64,000 nucleotides of DNA, from positions 74,011 through 138,010 of the IMG/VR virus record IMGVR_UViG_3300014204_000001. One strand, 5' to 3'. The position numbers were made by a program, and so were the translations under genes. Shown piece after piece: positions 15,115-23,342 of the stretch. This DNA is from a virus (lineage: Duplodnaviria > Heunggongvirae > Uroviricota > Caudoviricetes). The notes below the pieces were generated by a model. That model was given only the letters and a program-made list of their open reading frames with translations. It ran no database searches and was not told the origin of the DNA. The first letter of the stretch is position 1. Each line of letters begins with the position of its first letter.

Positions 15115-15734
15115 AGACCCTGGAAGAACTGAAGGCTGAGAACTTGCCCCTGAGCTCGAGCGGCCGCATGAAGAACCCTTATCTGGATAGTTTCAACCGG
15201 GTTCGCAAGGACCCTGTATGGTTCGAGAGTGCGTTCAAGGCCCGCCAAGGCCTGGTGCGCAAGTACTCCTGGGCCATTCCCAACGACGAAGCCATCGCCA
15301 AAATTGCCCGCTATTCCGGCGTCTTGGAGATCGGCGCAGGCACGGGCTACTGGTCCTGGCTGCTGCGCCAGGTCGGAGCCTCAGTGATCGCCACTGAGCC
15401 CACTCCGGGCGGCGGCGACCGCTACCAATTCACTTACTCCTGGACCGAGAAGGTTGAGCTATCGGCCCTGGAGGCGGTGAAGCAGTATGGTGAGGGCCGG
15501 GCGCTGATGAGCGTGTGGCCCTGCTACGACAAGCCTTGGTGCGCCGAAGCGCTGAAAGCCTACAAGGGCAGCACGTTCATCTACGTTGGTGAGGGCATGC
15601 GCGGCTGCACTGGCGATGAAACGCTGCACGAGATGTTGTGGCGGGAAGATGCGCCCTGGGACTTGGCTGAATCCGTGGCAATTCCGCGGTGGCAGGGATT
15701 ACACGACCAAATGCACGTTTTCCTTCGCAGGTAG
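15111..15734 (+). CDS. SAM-dependent methyltransferase-like protein
   Basis: motif I VLEIGAGTGYWSWLL; start GTG 15111 (GTGA overlap) or ATG 15168. Confidence 0.6.
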   Translation: MKTLEELKAENLPLSSSGRMKNPYLDSFNRVRKDPVWFESAFKARQGLVRKYSWAIPNDEAIAKIARYSGVLEIGAGTGYWSWLLRQVGASVIATEPTPGGGDRYQFTYSWTEKVELSALEAVKQYGEGRALMSVWPCYDKPWCAEALKAYKGSTFIYVGEGMRGCTGDETLHEMLWREDAPWDLAESVAIPRWQGLHDQMHVFLRR

Positions 15735-15744
15735 GAGGGCCCAA

Positions 15745-16035
15745 ATGGCAGACCCTGATTACTACCAGACGCTTCGGCGCCTGGTGGACGTGAACAAGAT
15801 CCTGGCGCTAATTGAAGCAACGCCTAGTTCGCAGGATCCTCGACAGCCTGAGCTGCGAGAGGAGTCGGCGAAGCTGATGTTGATGCTGATGCGCCCGCTG
15901 TATCGAGATCGGCGCGTTTGTGCGGCGTGCGGACGCGGAAAGGCCGGCCAGAAGTACGCGCTGTGCGTCGAGTGTCGGGACGGCTGCGGGATGAGTGCCG
16001 CAGATTGCTGCTCACATTGGACGCCGCTCAAGTAA
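15745..16035 (+). CDS. hypothetical Cys-rich protein (96 aa)
   Basis: ATG after GTAGGAGGG RBS; CAACGRGKAGQKYALCVECRDGCGMSAADCC. Confidence 0.55.
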   Translation: MADPDYYQTLRRLVDVNKILALIEATPSSQDPRQPELREESAKLMLMLMRPLYRDRRVCAACGRGKAGQKYALCVECRDGCGMSAADCCSHWTPLK

Positions 16036-16076
16036 TCTCCGAAGTGCACCTTCACTCGCAAGTAGCAGGAGAGCAC

Positions 16077-17117
16077 ATGCGTTACGCAACGCTGATGCTT
16101 CTGGCAGTGCTGTTCATGGCTTGCACGGGCTCCGAGGCGCCGGCAGGCAGCAACGAAGAGCAGGTGGCGGGGCCGCAGGGGGCCAAGGGAGATCCGGGCA
16201 TTGCCTGGAAGGGCGCCTGGACCGAGGGCACTACCTACGCGCCCAATGATGTCGTTTCGGACAACGGGTCGACGTACATTGCCCTCCAGCCCAACCGCGG
16301 CACCACGGACGTCACGGAGTTCTGGGCGCCGTTTGCGATGCAGGGCGCTGTCGGTCCTCAGGGACCTCAGGGACTGAAGGGCGCTCAGGGATCTGCAGGG
16401 CTCACAGGGCCTCAGGGATTCCAGGGCCTGAAGGGTGACAAGGGTGATACCGGCGCTGCCGGACCCCAGGGCGTACCCGGAATCGCTGGCGCCATGGGGC
16501 CTCAGGGCCTGAAGGGTAACACGGGTAATACCGGCGCCACGGGGCCTCAGGGCCCGAAGGGTGACACTGGTGCCGCGGGGCCCCAGGGCCTGAAGGGTAA
16601 TACGGGTAACACTGGTGCCGTAGGCCCCGCAGGCATCATGGGACCCCAAGGCCCTCAGGGGCCGCAAGGCGACCCCGGCGAGACGCTGCCAGCGGCGTAC
16701 GCCATGGACGGGACGGGGCGAATAGTGGCGCCAGTGCTGGGTATATACAATACGCTCATCACCCTCACCGAAACAGTCGGGGCCACGAAAGTCGCCATTA
16801 CACGCGACCGGACAACTGGGGAGCCTACTATGCTTCACTCCCTTCTCTATTTCACAGGTCCCAGCTGCACCGGAGCGGCCTATATCAACACGTGCGTGGA
16901 GAGTGTATTCCGTGTAGCGACGACACCGCAAATCACGTATGACGTGTACGTGATGACCGGCGCCGCAGCGCAAAGCATCGGGTATCACTCTACACGAACT
17001 CGGGGTAGTGATAACTGCCAACCGTATGCCCTGGGTGGCACTGTTACGGCCTTCCCGGCGGTCAAGGTGGGATCCGTCTACAACTTGACGCCACCGCTGC
17101 GGTATTACTTCCCATAA
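16077..17117 (+). CDS. collagen-like (Gly-X-Y repeat) putative lipoprotein, 346 aa
   Basis: signal/lipobox-like MRYATLMLLAVLFMAC; about 60 uninterrupted G-X-Y triplets (GPQGPQGLKGAQGSAGLTGPQG...); C-terminal globular domain. Confidence 0.7.
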   Translation: MRYATLMLLAVLFMACTGSEAPAGSNEEQVAGPQGAKGDPGIAWKGAWTEGTTYAPNDVVSDNGSTYIALQPNRGTTDVTEFWAPFAMQGAVGPQGPQGLKGAQGSAGLTGPQGFQGLKGDKGDTGAAGPQGVPGIAGAMGPQGLKGNTGNTGATGPQGPKGDTGAAGPQGLKGNTGNTGAVGPAGIMGPQGPQGPQGDPGETLPAAYAMDGTGRIVAPVLGIYNTLITLTETVGATKVAITRDRTTGEPTMLHSLLYFTGPSCTGAAYINTCVESVFRVATTPQITYDVYVMTGAAAQSIGYHSTRTRGSDNCQPYALGGTVTAFPAVKVGSVYNLTPPLRYYFP

Positions 17118-17182
17118 CAAGATACGCCACGAGGCGGTAGGGCCCCGTGGCGTATCTTGTATTTTTGATTTGTGAGGTAACT

Positions 17183-17452
17183 ATGGGAAAAACGATTTTG
17201 TGTAAAACCTGTGACCAACCTACCCTGATGTTTGGAACCAAGCTTTGCGACAGGTGTTACGAGGTCCAATCGAGGCTGCGCGCGACGCTTGTGGAAATCA
17301 CTTGTGATGTCTGTAAGCATGTGATCACCCCAAAAGAAGACACGACTCATCTTGTAGTTGACCCCAATTATTCCGAGGAGACGTGCGAAGCAGCATACGA
17401 TCTCTGCCCGTCGTGCACTGCGAAGTTCAAGAAGTTTCTAGGTAACAGCTAA
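17183..17452 (+). CDS. zinc-ribbon protein (89 aa)
   Basis: CKTCDQ...CDRC and CDVCKH...CPSC. Confidence 0.55.
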   Translation: MGKTILCKTCDQPTLMFGTKLCDRCYEVQSRLRATLVEITCDVCKHVITPKEDTTHLVVDPNYSEETCEAAYDLCPSCTAKFKKFLGNS

Positions 17453-17464
17453 GGAGAAACCGCG

Positions 17465-17752
17465 ATGGATTTGATCGAGCTGCTCCATGACGTGACGGAG
17501 CTTCGCAGGGTGACTCCTGAGGACTGCCGCGATTGTAGCGACGACGTATACAATGGTCAGCTGGCCGAGAAGTGCTGGGGCCGGGACTATGGAAAGCTGG
17601 CACCCAGCATGCTGGTGCCCAACTACGCGGAACCGCCCTGGGATTTTCCAGTGACAGTGCGGCCCAGCTGCTACAAATGCAAAGGCCACGTGACTGTCGC
17701 CGAAAGCGTGGTAAAAGACACCAATGCGCAAGTAAGGCGCAAAGGAGGCTAA
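17465..17752 (+). CDS. hypothetical protein (95 aa)
   Basis: ORF track; RBS GGAGAAACCGCG ATG. Confidence 0.55.
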   Translation: MDLIELLHDVTELRRVTPEDCRDCSDDVYNGQLAEKCWGRDYGKLAPSMLVPNYAEPPWDFPVTVRPSCYKCKGHVTVAESVVKDTNAQVRRKGG

Positions 17753-17967
17753 TGTTCAAGGTTGGTCAGAAGGTGCGTATTCACAAGCACGAGAGCAGCG
17801 ATGCGTCGTTCAACGACACGTGGAATGGCCGCGAAGGCACCGTTATACGGGTTAACGATGTGCTTCGACAGGCGGCGCCGGATGTCTACAAGGAGACACT
17901 CTACTCTGTAACCTGCGATAACGGCGAAGACGAAGCTTTTTGGGAATGCGAACTGGAGGCGGCGTAA
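17752..17967 (+). CDS. small protein resembling the N-domain of array members (71 aa, no C2HC tail)
   Basis: MFKVGQKVRIHK...GREGTVIRV parallels A10 MSEKFKVGDRVRNV...; AAAGGAGG RBS; TAATG overlap. Confidence 0.55.
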   Translation: MFKVGQKVRIHKHESSDASFNDTWNGREGTVIRVNDVLRQAAPDVYKETLYSVTCDNGEDEAFWECELEAA

Positions 17968-18257
17968 CGCTGGAGTATGACGATGGCCGCGTGGAGGCGC
18001 TGAGCGGGGAGCAAGCGCGAGCGTGGATCGAGACAGTTAACGGCGCCTATTTAATGGCCGCGACTCACGGTTGCGAGCTACCGCAGTTCGTTTCCGAGGA
18101 AGTCAAACCGGGTACGCGTACCGATCTGGTGCGCGTGTTGAGCAACAGAGTTACTCAACTGAAGGAGGCAGAGCGCCTCGGGTTCTATCGAGGCAAGATC
18201 GCAGCGGGCATGGCGACGAAGAAATTACGTCAGGGCGTGCGCTTTGGAATCGCATGA
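17940..18257 (+). CDS. hypothetical protein (105 aa)
   Basis: ORF track; start ambiguous (ATG 17940/17946 or GTG 17988). Confidence 0.45.
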   Translation: MGMRTGGGVTLEYDDGRVEALSGEQARAWIETVNGAYLMAATHGCELPQFVSEEVKPGTRTDLVRVLSNRVTQLKEAERLGFYRGKIAAGMATKKLRQGVRFGIA

Positions 18258-18284
18258 ACGACAACGATTGAGAGGAAGACCGTA

Positions 18285-18542
18285 ATGGCAAACAAAACGA
18301 AGAAGGACAGAGCAATCGACTTCATCAACGAGACCCGCGACATGGCTCCCGCGAAGCTCAACAAGCTGATCCATGGAGAGGCTGGCGAGGAGCTTGCGAC
18401 GCTCTTCCTCTCGTACAGCGCCAAACTAATCGAGAAGGAGCCTGAGCGGGTCCTTGAGAACTGCTCGTCGTTGATGCTGATGGGCTATCTGATCCGCGCC
18501 CACGAGGAGCAGAAGGAGAAGCAGGACCCCAAGTTGCACTGA
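18285..18542 (+). CDS. hypothetical protein (85 aa)
   Basis: GAGGAAGACCGTA ATG. Confidence 0.55.
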   Translation: MANKTKKDRAIDFINETRDMAPAKLNKLIHGEAGEELATLFLSYSAKLIEKEPERVLENCSSLMLMGYLIRAHEEQKEKQDPKLH

Positions 18543-18553
18543 AAGGAGATCGA

Positions 18554-18727
18554 ATGAAATTCGAGCACTGGCGTGGTACGACCCTGAATGGAATGTTCTT
18601 CTGTGGGGTTAACACGCCCGAGGCGAAAGCCAACCGGGACCTCCTTACCCACAACGGGTGGGGTGTGTACAAGCCACTGCGTGAGCTGCGAAGGGCAGGT
18701 AACGCGCGTGGACTGCGCCAGCCTTGA
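18554..18727 (+). CDS. hypothetical small protein (57 aa)
   Basis: GAAAGGAG RBS then ATG; overlaps alternative-frame ORF 18588-18836 (either may be real). Confidence 0.35.
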   Translation: MKFEHWRGTTLNGMFFCGVNTPEAKANRDLLTHNGWGVYKPLRELRRAGNARGLRQP

Positions 18728-18808
18728 GCAGACGTATCATGATGGTTATGGCCCCTACACCTTGCCTATCAAGATCATCGAGAAGGCTGCGCGGTGGCGC
18801 AAGGAGAC

Positions 18809-19066
18809 CCCGTGTTCGACATGCAAAAGGTGCTAGACAAGCTCTTCGAGCGAGGACCTGACCGTGTCGTGATCAGCGAGAAAGGCCTCGCTACATCAGC
18901 CAGGCTCGCGGAGCAAGATCACGGTGTTACGCCGGACATTGTCTTCATCCGGGACGACGGCTGGACACTCGGCGCCTCAAAGCACTTCGCCAAGGTGGCG
19001 CACGCACTTTGGGCAGATCACTGGGTTGCACTGGTGCGTTATCAGGATTACAGCAGACGAAGGTGA
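18809..19066 (+). CDS. hypothetical protein (~85 aa)
   Basis: AAGGAGA RBS then GTG 18809 (or ATG 18821). Confidence 0.5.
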   Translation, partial: PVFDMQKVLDKLFERGPDRVVISEKGLATSARLAEQDHGVTPDIVFIRDDGWTLGASKHFAKVAHALWADHWVALVRYQDYSRRR

Positions 19067-19075
19067 CACTAACGA

Positions 19076-19101
19076 ACGGCCCCCCGGGGGCCGCTCTTTT
19101 T
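19076..19101. terminator. hairpin terminator between convergent genes
   Basis: ggcccccgggggcc stem followed by ctctttttt. Confidence 0.65.
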
Positions 19102-19772
19102 TAGCACCCGTACTGCGCCAAAGCCGCCTTGTAGCCGCGTAGGCAAGCCCACTTCTGGAAGTTTGGGTGGTTCTGTACACGGTTCCAGAGAGTATTGAGG
19201 TCCTGCATCTTGCGCAGGTCGCCGCCGCGGTCTGGGTGATGCCGCATGGCCTCTGCGTGGTAGCGCTGCTTGGCCTCGGCCTTGGTCTTCACGCCCTTAA
19301 GCCAGTCGATGTTCTTGGGGTCCGTAGGACCGTTTTCGCGCACAGGCGGCGCTTCTCCAGGGGCGTGGTGTTGGGTATGCGACCGCATTACTGGAGAGAT
19401 GGACGGGCCGAGGTAGGCACCTGTGTACGCCCCAGCACTAGCACCATGCAACCCAAAAAAGGCCGCTGCGCGGAGTGGGGACATGCTTGCGTCATTATCG
19501 CCATAGGCCCCCCAGAGTGCCCCAGGGATTGCGCCAATTGCTGCGCCGATGCCCGCATCGCGGAGTACACGCCCTGGCGTGCCCGGGTGTCCTATGCCTG
19601 CACCCATACCTAGAAGACCGGGAATGAGGGCTGAGTTTAGGACCGCTTCTGTGCGGGACTCCTTCTTCTCGAGCGGCCTGAGTGCCCCGGCCAGCGCCCC
19701 GGGAACCGCGGAGGCTAGGCCGCTAGCTAGTGCGTTGTACGCGATGTCGCGCAGGATGTTATTCGTAGTCAT
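19101..19772 (-). CDS. J-domain (DnaJ-like) protein with Gly/Ala-rich GxxxG N-terminal region
   Basis: C-terminal ...KQRYHAEAMRHHPDRGGDLRKMQDLNTLWNRV contains HPD tripeptide; N-region AIGAIPGALWGAYG... Confidence 0.6.
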   Translation of the reverse strand: MTTNNILRDIAYNALASGLASAVPGALAGALRPLEKKESRTEAVLNSALIPGLLGMGAGIGHPGTPGRVLRDAGIGAAIGAIPGALWGAYGDNDASMSPLRAAAFFGLHGASAGAYTGAYLGPSISPVMRSHTQHHAPGEAPPVRENGPTDPKNIDWLKGVKTKAEAKQRYHAEAMRHHPDRGGDLRKMQDLNTLWNRVQNHPNFQKWACLRGYKAALAQYGC

Positions 19773-19808
19773 ACCTGCCAGTATAGGCCGAAAAACGCCT
19801 CACGCGCT

Positions 19809-19817
19809 GGGTATAAG
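19809..19817 (+). promoter_or_regulatory. GGGTATAAG promoter-like motif (instance 2)
   Basis: 29 nt upstream of ATG 19846. Confidence 0.5.
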
Positions 19818-19845
19818 CACATGAACCCACACTAGGAGCAAGCAC

Positions 19846-20019
19846 ATGGGCACGATCCTCAAGGTTGCTGCTGGCGTCTTCCTGGGCGGTGCGCTTCTCG
19901 AAGCTGCCAACATCTTCATGGTCGCCAAGTTCGCTGATGCGATCAAAGACAATCTGGACGGCGTCCTGCACGCCGCGGAAGAGGCGGCCAAGCGGACGCA
20001 GGAGGAGGGAACTACGTAA
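19846..20019 (+). CDS. small membrane protein (57 aa)
   Basis: AGGAGC RBS; hydrophobic LKVAAGVFLGGALLEAANIFMVA; not in ORF track (<60 aa). Confidence 0.45.
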   Translation: MGTILKVAAGVFLGGALLEAANIFMVAKFADAIKDNLDGVLHAAEEAAKRTQEEGTT

Positions 20020-20161
20020 TGGGAATCTTCTTAAAGATAGCCGTTGCGGCCGTTGCAGCCGGCGCTGGTGCTGTGGTTGGCATCGAGCTGGGCGCGCAGG
20101 CTCTGTGCGGCATGAAGTCCGCCGCTGACTGGGTACAACGCAAGATGCGCAAGGAGAGCTA
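20018..20161 (+). CDS. small membrane protein (47 aa)
   Basis: TAATG overlap; IAVAAVAAGAGAVVGIELGA. Confidence 0.4.
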
Positions 20162-20241
20162 ATGTTCCGCATAGCACTCGGGGTGGCCTTGGGGCTGGTT
20201 CTGTACGACCTGATTCAGTATGTGCTCGAAGAGAGGCGTTG
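20161..20241 (+). CDS. tiny membrane peptide (26 aa)
   Basis: TAATG overlap; MFRIALGVALGLVLYDLIQYVLEERR. Confidence 0.3.
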
Positions 20242-20260
20242 AAATCTTGCTGCAAGGAAA

Positions 20261-20290
20261 AGAACGCGGCTAGGATCGCGTTCTTTTTTT
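20261..20290 (+). terminator. rho-independent terminator
   Basis: agaacgcg...cgcgttct + T7. Confidence 0.7.
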
Positions 20291-20302
20291 GCCCCTGTTG
20301 TC

Positions 20303-20311
20303 GGGTATAAG
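20303..20311 (+). promoter_or_regulatory. GGGTATAAG promoter-like motif (instance 3)
   Basis: 29 nt upstream of ATG 20340. Confidence 0.5.
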
Positions 20312-20339
20312 AGGTGTACCCACTCCGAGGAGGCACCGT

Positions 20340-20798
20340 ATGAGCGACGTCGTCCGTGCTGCGATCATGGCTACTCCGATCAATCGCTTAGCCAAGTACA
20401 CCGAGACCACAGGTCTTGAGCTGGACGCGATCCTTAGCGCTACCTGGGAAGAGCGTAGGCCTGAGTGCTACCGCGCTAGTAGCGTCACGGCCCCGGCCAA
20501 GGTCATCACCCTGGCTACACTGCCCTTCGACCAGATGCTCCGCGTGGTAGATAGTCACCGCGAACCTGGAAAGATCGAGTTGGCGGTGGACCGGGCGACG
20601 CTACCATTCGACTGTGTTGCCGTGGGCGTTGAAGTGACACTTAAGACGAACAGTCAGGGCCAGACTATTCTCGGTTCGCTGCACGTTGGCATGTTGGGCG
20701 ACCCTACGGCCCTGCATGTAGGAGACGCGTCTGTCGTAGCGCTACCAGCCGAGGCAGCTCTGCGTCTTGGATTCGAATACGCGAAGATCGCCGGCTAA
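20340..20798 (+). CDS. hypothetical protein (152 aa)
   Basis: CCGAGGAGG RBS. Confidence 0.6.
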   Translation: MSDVVRAAIMATPINRLAKYTETTGLELDAILSATWEERRPECYRASSVTAPAKVITLATLPFDQMLRVVDSHREPGKIELAVDRATLPFDCVAVGVEVTLKTNSQGQTILGSLHVGMLGDPTALHVGDASVVALPAEAALRLGFEYAKIAG

Positions 20799-20816
20799 GA
20801 GGGGAAGGGGGGAATC

Positions 20817-21053
20817 ATGCCGAAGTCGAATCCGCGGGCTATTGTGTTGATCATTGAGCCCATGACTACCGCACCGCATAACCGGCTGGAGTTTACGCTT
20901 CAGCGAGTAGCGGGGGAACAGGAAGCTCGGCGCCTTCAGAAGGAATCGGGAAAGGACCCTGCGCTATGGGGGTTCTACGGCTATCATGTCGAAAACGGGA
21001 AAACTAAATGGAGGTGCAACGGGAGGGCGATAGGTCTACCAGCACTAAGCTGA
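20817..21053 (+). CDS. hypothetical protein (78 aa)
   Basis: GGGGAAGGGGGG RBS. Confidence 0.55.
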   Translation: MPKSNPRAIVLIIEPMTTAPHNRLEFTLQRVAGEQEARRLQKESGKDPALWGFYGYHVENGKTKWRCNGRAIGLPALS

Positions 21054-21067
21054 GTTTACTGCGTAAT

Positions 21068-21105
21068 GCAGGGTGGCGCTTCGGCGCTGCCCTGCATTCT
21101 TTTTT
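21068..21105 (+). terminator. rho-independent terminator
   Basis: gcagggtggcgc ttcg gcgctgccctgc (two G-U pairs) + cattctttttt. Confidence 0.65.
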
Positions 21106-21117
21106 GGTGGAGGCTAC

Positions 21118-21582
21118 ATGAAGATCATTCGCAATACTTTGTACACTCGCGAGTTGACACCGATGACGGTAACGATGCGGGACATCGATCTGCATCCGCC
21201 GTTCGAGCGAACTGTAAAAGAGTTGTGCCGCCCCGTTCCAGGGCTATTCTTCGTGGTTGAGATTATTGACGCCGAAGACGCGCTCGACGTGACCGCGGCA
21301 ACAAACCTAGCTATGCAGCACTGGCAGGAATGTAATCAAGCCGAGCGAGATATGGCAACACTATATTACTGGGACGAGGCAGCGCTCGCGCAGGTAACTC
21401 CGGGTGGTACGTTGATGGCGACCAAGCCGGCACCATTGACTGTCAAGCAGATCATCTACACCCTGGAGATGCTGGCATACAGCCCTTTATATAGAGGGCA
21501 GCAGATAATCGCTATCGCCCAGGATTTACAGGTGGTACGTATGCAGGGGGGTAAGGCCCAGATCGGAGGAGCGAGTGCCTAA
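21118..21582 (+). CDS. hypothetical protein (154 aa)
   Basis: GGTGGAGG RBS. Confidence 0.55.
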   Translation: MKIIRNTLYTRELTPMTVTMRDIDLHPPFERTVKELCRPVPGLFFVVEIIDAEDALDVTAATNLAMQHWQECNQAERDMATLYYWDEAALAQVTPGGTLMATKPAPLTVKQIIYTLEMLAYSPLYRGQQIIAIAQDLQVVRMQGGKAQIGGASA

Positions 21583-22225
21583 TTGGTGCACCAACCGACT
21601 TACTGTCACTGGCCCAAAGGCGGATATCGCACATTTCGTGGAATTCGCAGCATATAGCTCTGAAAAGTACAATACGGCATTCAGCTTGGCGAAGTTCGTG
21701 CCACCCCCACCCGAAGGTATGCCGGGATACAAGTGGTACGATTGGCGTGTCACCAACTGGGGTACAAAGTGGGACGTGGTGGCCTGTATTGACCACACGC
21801 CTGGACGCGCTATATTCCAGTTCAATTCTGCGTGGAGCCCGCCGGGACCTGTAATCGTCGCGGCGGCGGAGAAGTTCCCGATGCTCGAATTTGAGCACGT
21901 CTACTACGAACGTGGTTGTGACTTCGGTGGCGTGGCTACGTTTTCCGAGGGTATCTGCATTTCGAACATCGAAGAGGGGGCGCTCGAGACTGAGTTGCGC
22001 TGTTACGGCGTCGTGAACAGAAGCTGCGCTACGTGCTGGGAAGACGTCGAGACGACGGAAGTCCACGGCAAGGTATACTGCGACGAGTGCATGGAGAATC
22101 AGTGCGCCTGCTGCGACCACCCGAAGGATGAACACGCGGACGGTGGCAAGTGCCTCTACGAGCCTACGACGTTCATGGCTCTCAAAGACGCTCTGAATAA
22201 CGGTATAAGGAAAGATCCCGACTAA
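21575..22225 (+). CDS. fusion protein: unrelated ~170-aa N-domain + array-type C2HC GKCLY C-terminal block (216 aa)
   Basis: C-term CATCWEDV...CDECMENQCACCDHPKDEHADGGKCLYEPTTFMALKD; N-term MPNWCTNRLTV...NWGTKWD. Confidence 0.65.
   Translation: MPNWCTNRLTVTGPKADIAHFVEFAAYSSEKYNTAFSLAKFVPPPPEGMPGYKWYDWRVTNWGTKWDVVACIDHTPGRAIFQFNSAWSPPGPVIVAAAEKFPMLEFEHVYYERGCDFGGVATFSEGICISNIEEGALETELRCYGVVNRSCATCWEDVETTEVHGKVYCDECMENQCACCDHPKDEHADGGKCLYEPTTFMALKDALNNGIRKDPD
22204..22212 (+). promoter_or_regulatory. GGTATAAGG promoter-like motif (instance 4, inside 3' end of preceding CDS)
   Basis: 30 nt upstream of TTG 22239. Confidence 0.4.
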
Positions 22226-22238
22226 TCTAGGAGGCCCT

Positions 22239-22406
22239 TTGCAGCTGACTCTCAACGCCTACTTCCCGCTGCTCTCACTGCTGGAAGATCCGCAGAACCG
22301 CCGAAGCTATCTCATGGCGGTTCTCCCACGCGTCGAGGTTGATTCTCCCGAGTACGAGCTATTAGTGGAGGAACTGCGCAAGCTGGAGCGCACCTTCATC
22401 AACTAG
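22239..22406 (+). CDS. hypothetical small protein (55 aa, TTG start)
   Basis: CTAGGAGG RBS 6 nt upstream of TTG; not in track (<60 aa). Confidence 0.4.
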   Translation: MQLTLNAYFPLLSLLEDPQNRRSYLMAVLPRVEVDSPEYELLVEELRKLERTFIN

Positions 22407-22412
22407 CGAACC

Positions 22413-22466
22413 GGGCACCTAGGTATAGCAAGAATTACCTAGGTGCCTGTTGACGAGGTCTTTTTT
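22413..22466 (+). terminator. rho-independent terminator
   Basis: 12-bp stem ggcacctaggta...tacctaggtgcc, then gacgaggtc + T6. Confidence 0.65.
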
Positions 22467-22468
22467 GC

Positions 22469-22771
22469 ATGAAGCGTAATGAGCTGGCGGAGGCATTCGC
22501 CGCAGCAGTACGCTCACCGTACAGCCGTGCAAGCAATCTGTGGTATAGCGAAGACAAGGCGTTTTCGTACGCCACGCCAGTGGCAGAAAAATTACCGTGG
22601 GTATACCGTGGTCGGCGCACGGTGTGGGTCACGTCGCAGAAATACTCCCAATCGACCACGATTCACATCAACGCCCTGCTGCAAGCATTCGCAGAAACTC
22701 GTTATCGCGTATTGCGCACAGAGATTGCACCGACAACCCGGGAAGAGTTGATCCGCTTGCTTGAGGAATGA
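22469..22771 (+). CDS. hypothetical protein (100 aa)
   Basis: ORF track. Confidence 0.55.
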   Translation: MKRNELAEAFAAAVRSPYSRASNLWYSEDKAFSYATPVAEKLPWVYRGRRTVWVTSQKYSQSTTIHINALLQAFAETRYRVLRTEIAPTTREELIRLLEE

Positions 22772-22775
22772 CACC

Positions 22776-23342
22776 ATGGGAAGAAACTACTACGTATCAC
22801 GCGCGTCCTTGGAGCGTTTGCGCTCTTGGTTGCCCGCGAGCCAATTGCGAGCATTCCCCGACGATATCTGTTTAGGCGACGCACTTGATCAAGCAGTCGT
22901 CGAAGCGGTAGGCAAAAACGACTACGAGGCCATCCTTGATGGGAACCGCCCTTCGAAGCTCGTTAACCTTCGCCGCACGCACTTTGGCGAGGTGTACGCG
23001 CTGTTGGGTGCTGATGATCATGCTGAACCACGTTACGCACAGGCAATCATTTCTATCCTGCGCCAGGAACAGGTGGATAAGAAAAAGTCCGATCCCAAGA
23101 GCGGTTGGCGTCTGGGGAGACTGCTTGACCAGGCTGCCAACGCGCGCCGGCTAGTGTGGCCTGGCTTGGACGAGGGTGAGCCCGATATTATTGAGATCTT
23201 CGATTCCAAGGCAGAGGCCTCGCGTAAGTACGTTGAGTTGATCGAAGTGGAAGGCATTCTCCCAGAGGATATCGAGGTACAGGAGCCGGTGATCACATGG
23301 CGAAAGGTAGACAAGAAGGTAAAGATCAAGATCGAGATGTAA
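22776..23342 (+). CDS. hypothetical protein (188 aa)
   Basis: GAGGAA RBS then ATG 22776 (track starts at TTG 22761). Confidence 0.55.
   Translation: MGRNYYVSRASLERLRSWLPASQLRAFPDDICLGDALDQAVVEAVGKNDYEAILDGNRPSKLVNLRRTHFGEVYALLGADDHAEPRYAQAIISILRQEQVDKKKSDPKSGWRLGRLLDQAANARRLVWPGLDEGEPDIIEIFDSKAEASRKYVELIEVEGILPEDIEVQEPVITWRKVDKKVKIKIEM

Noticed and set aside
15762-17120. 452-aa minus-strand ORF
   Set aside because: It is antisense to the collagen-like gene. Arg/Ser/Gly-rich junk composition. The plus-strand reading has a perfect G-X-Y periodicity, a signal peptide and an RBS.
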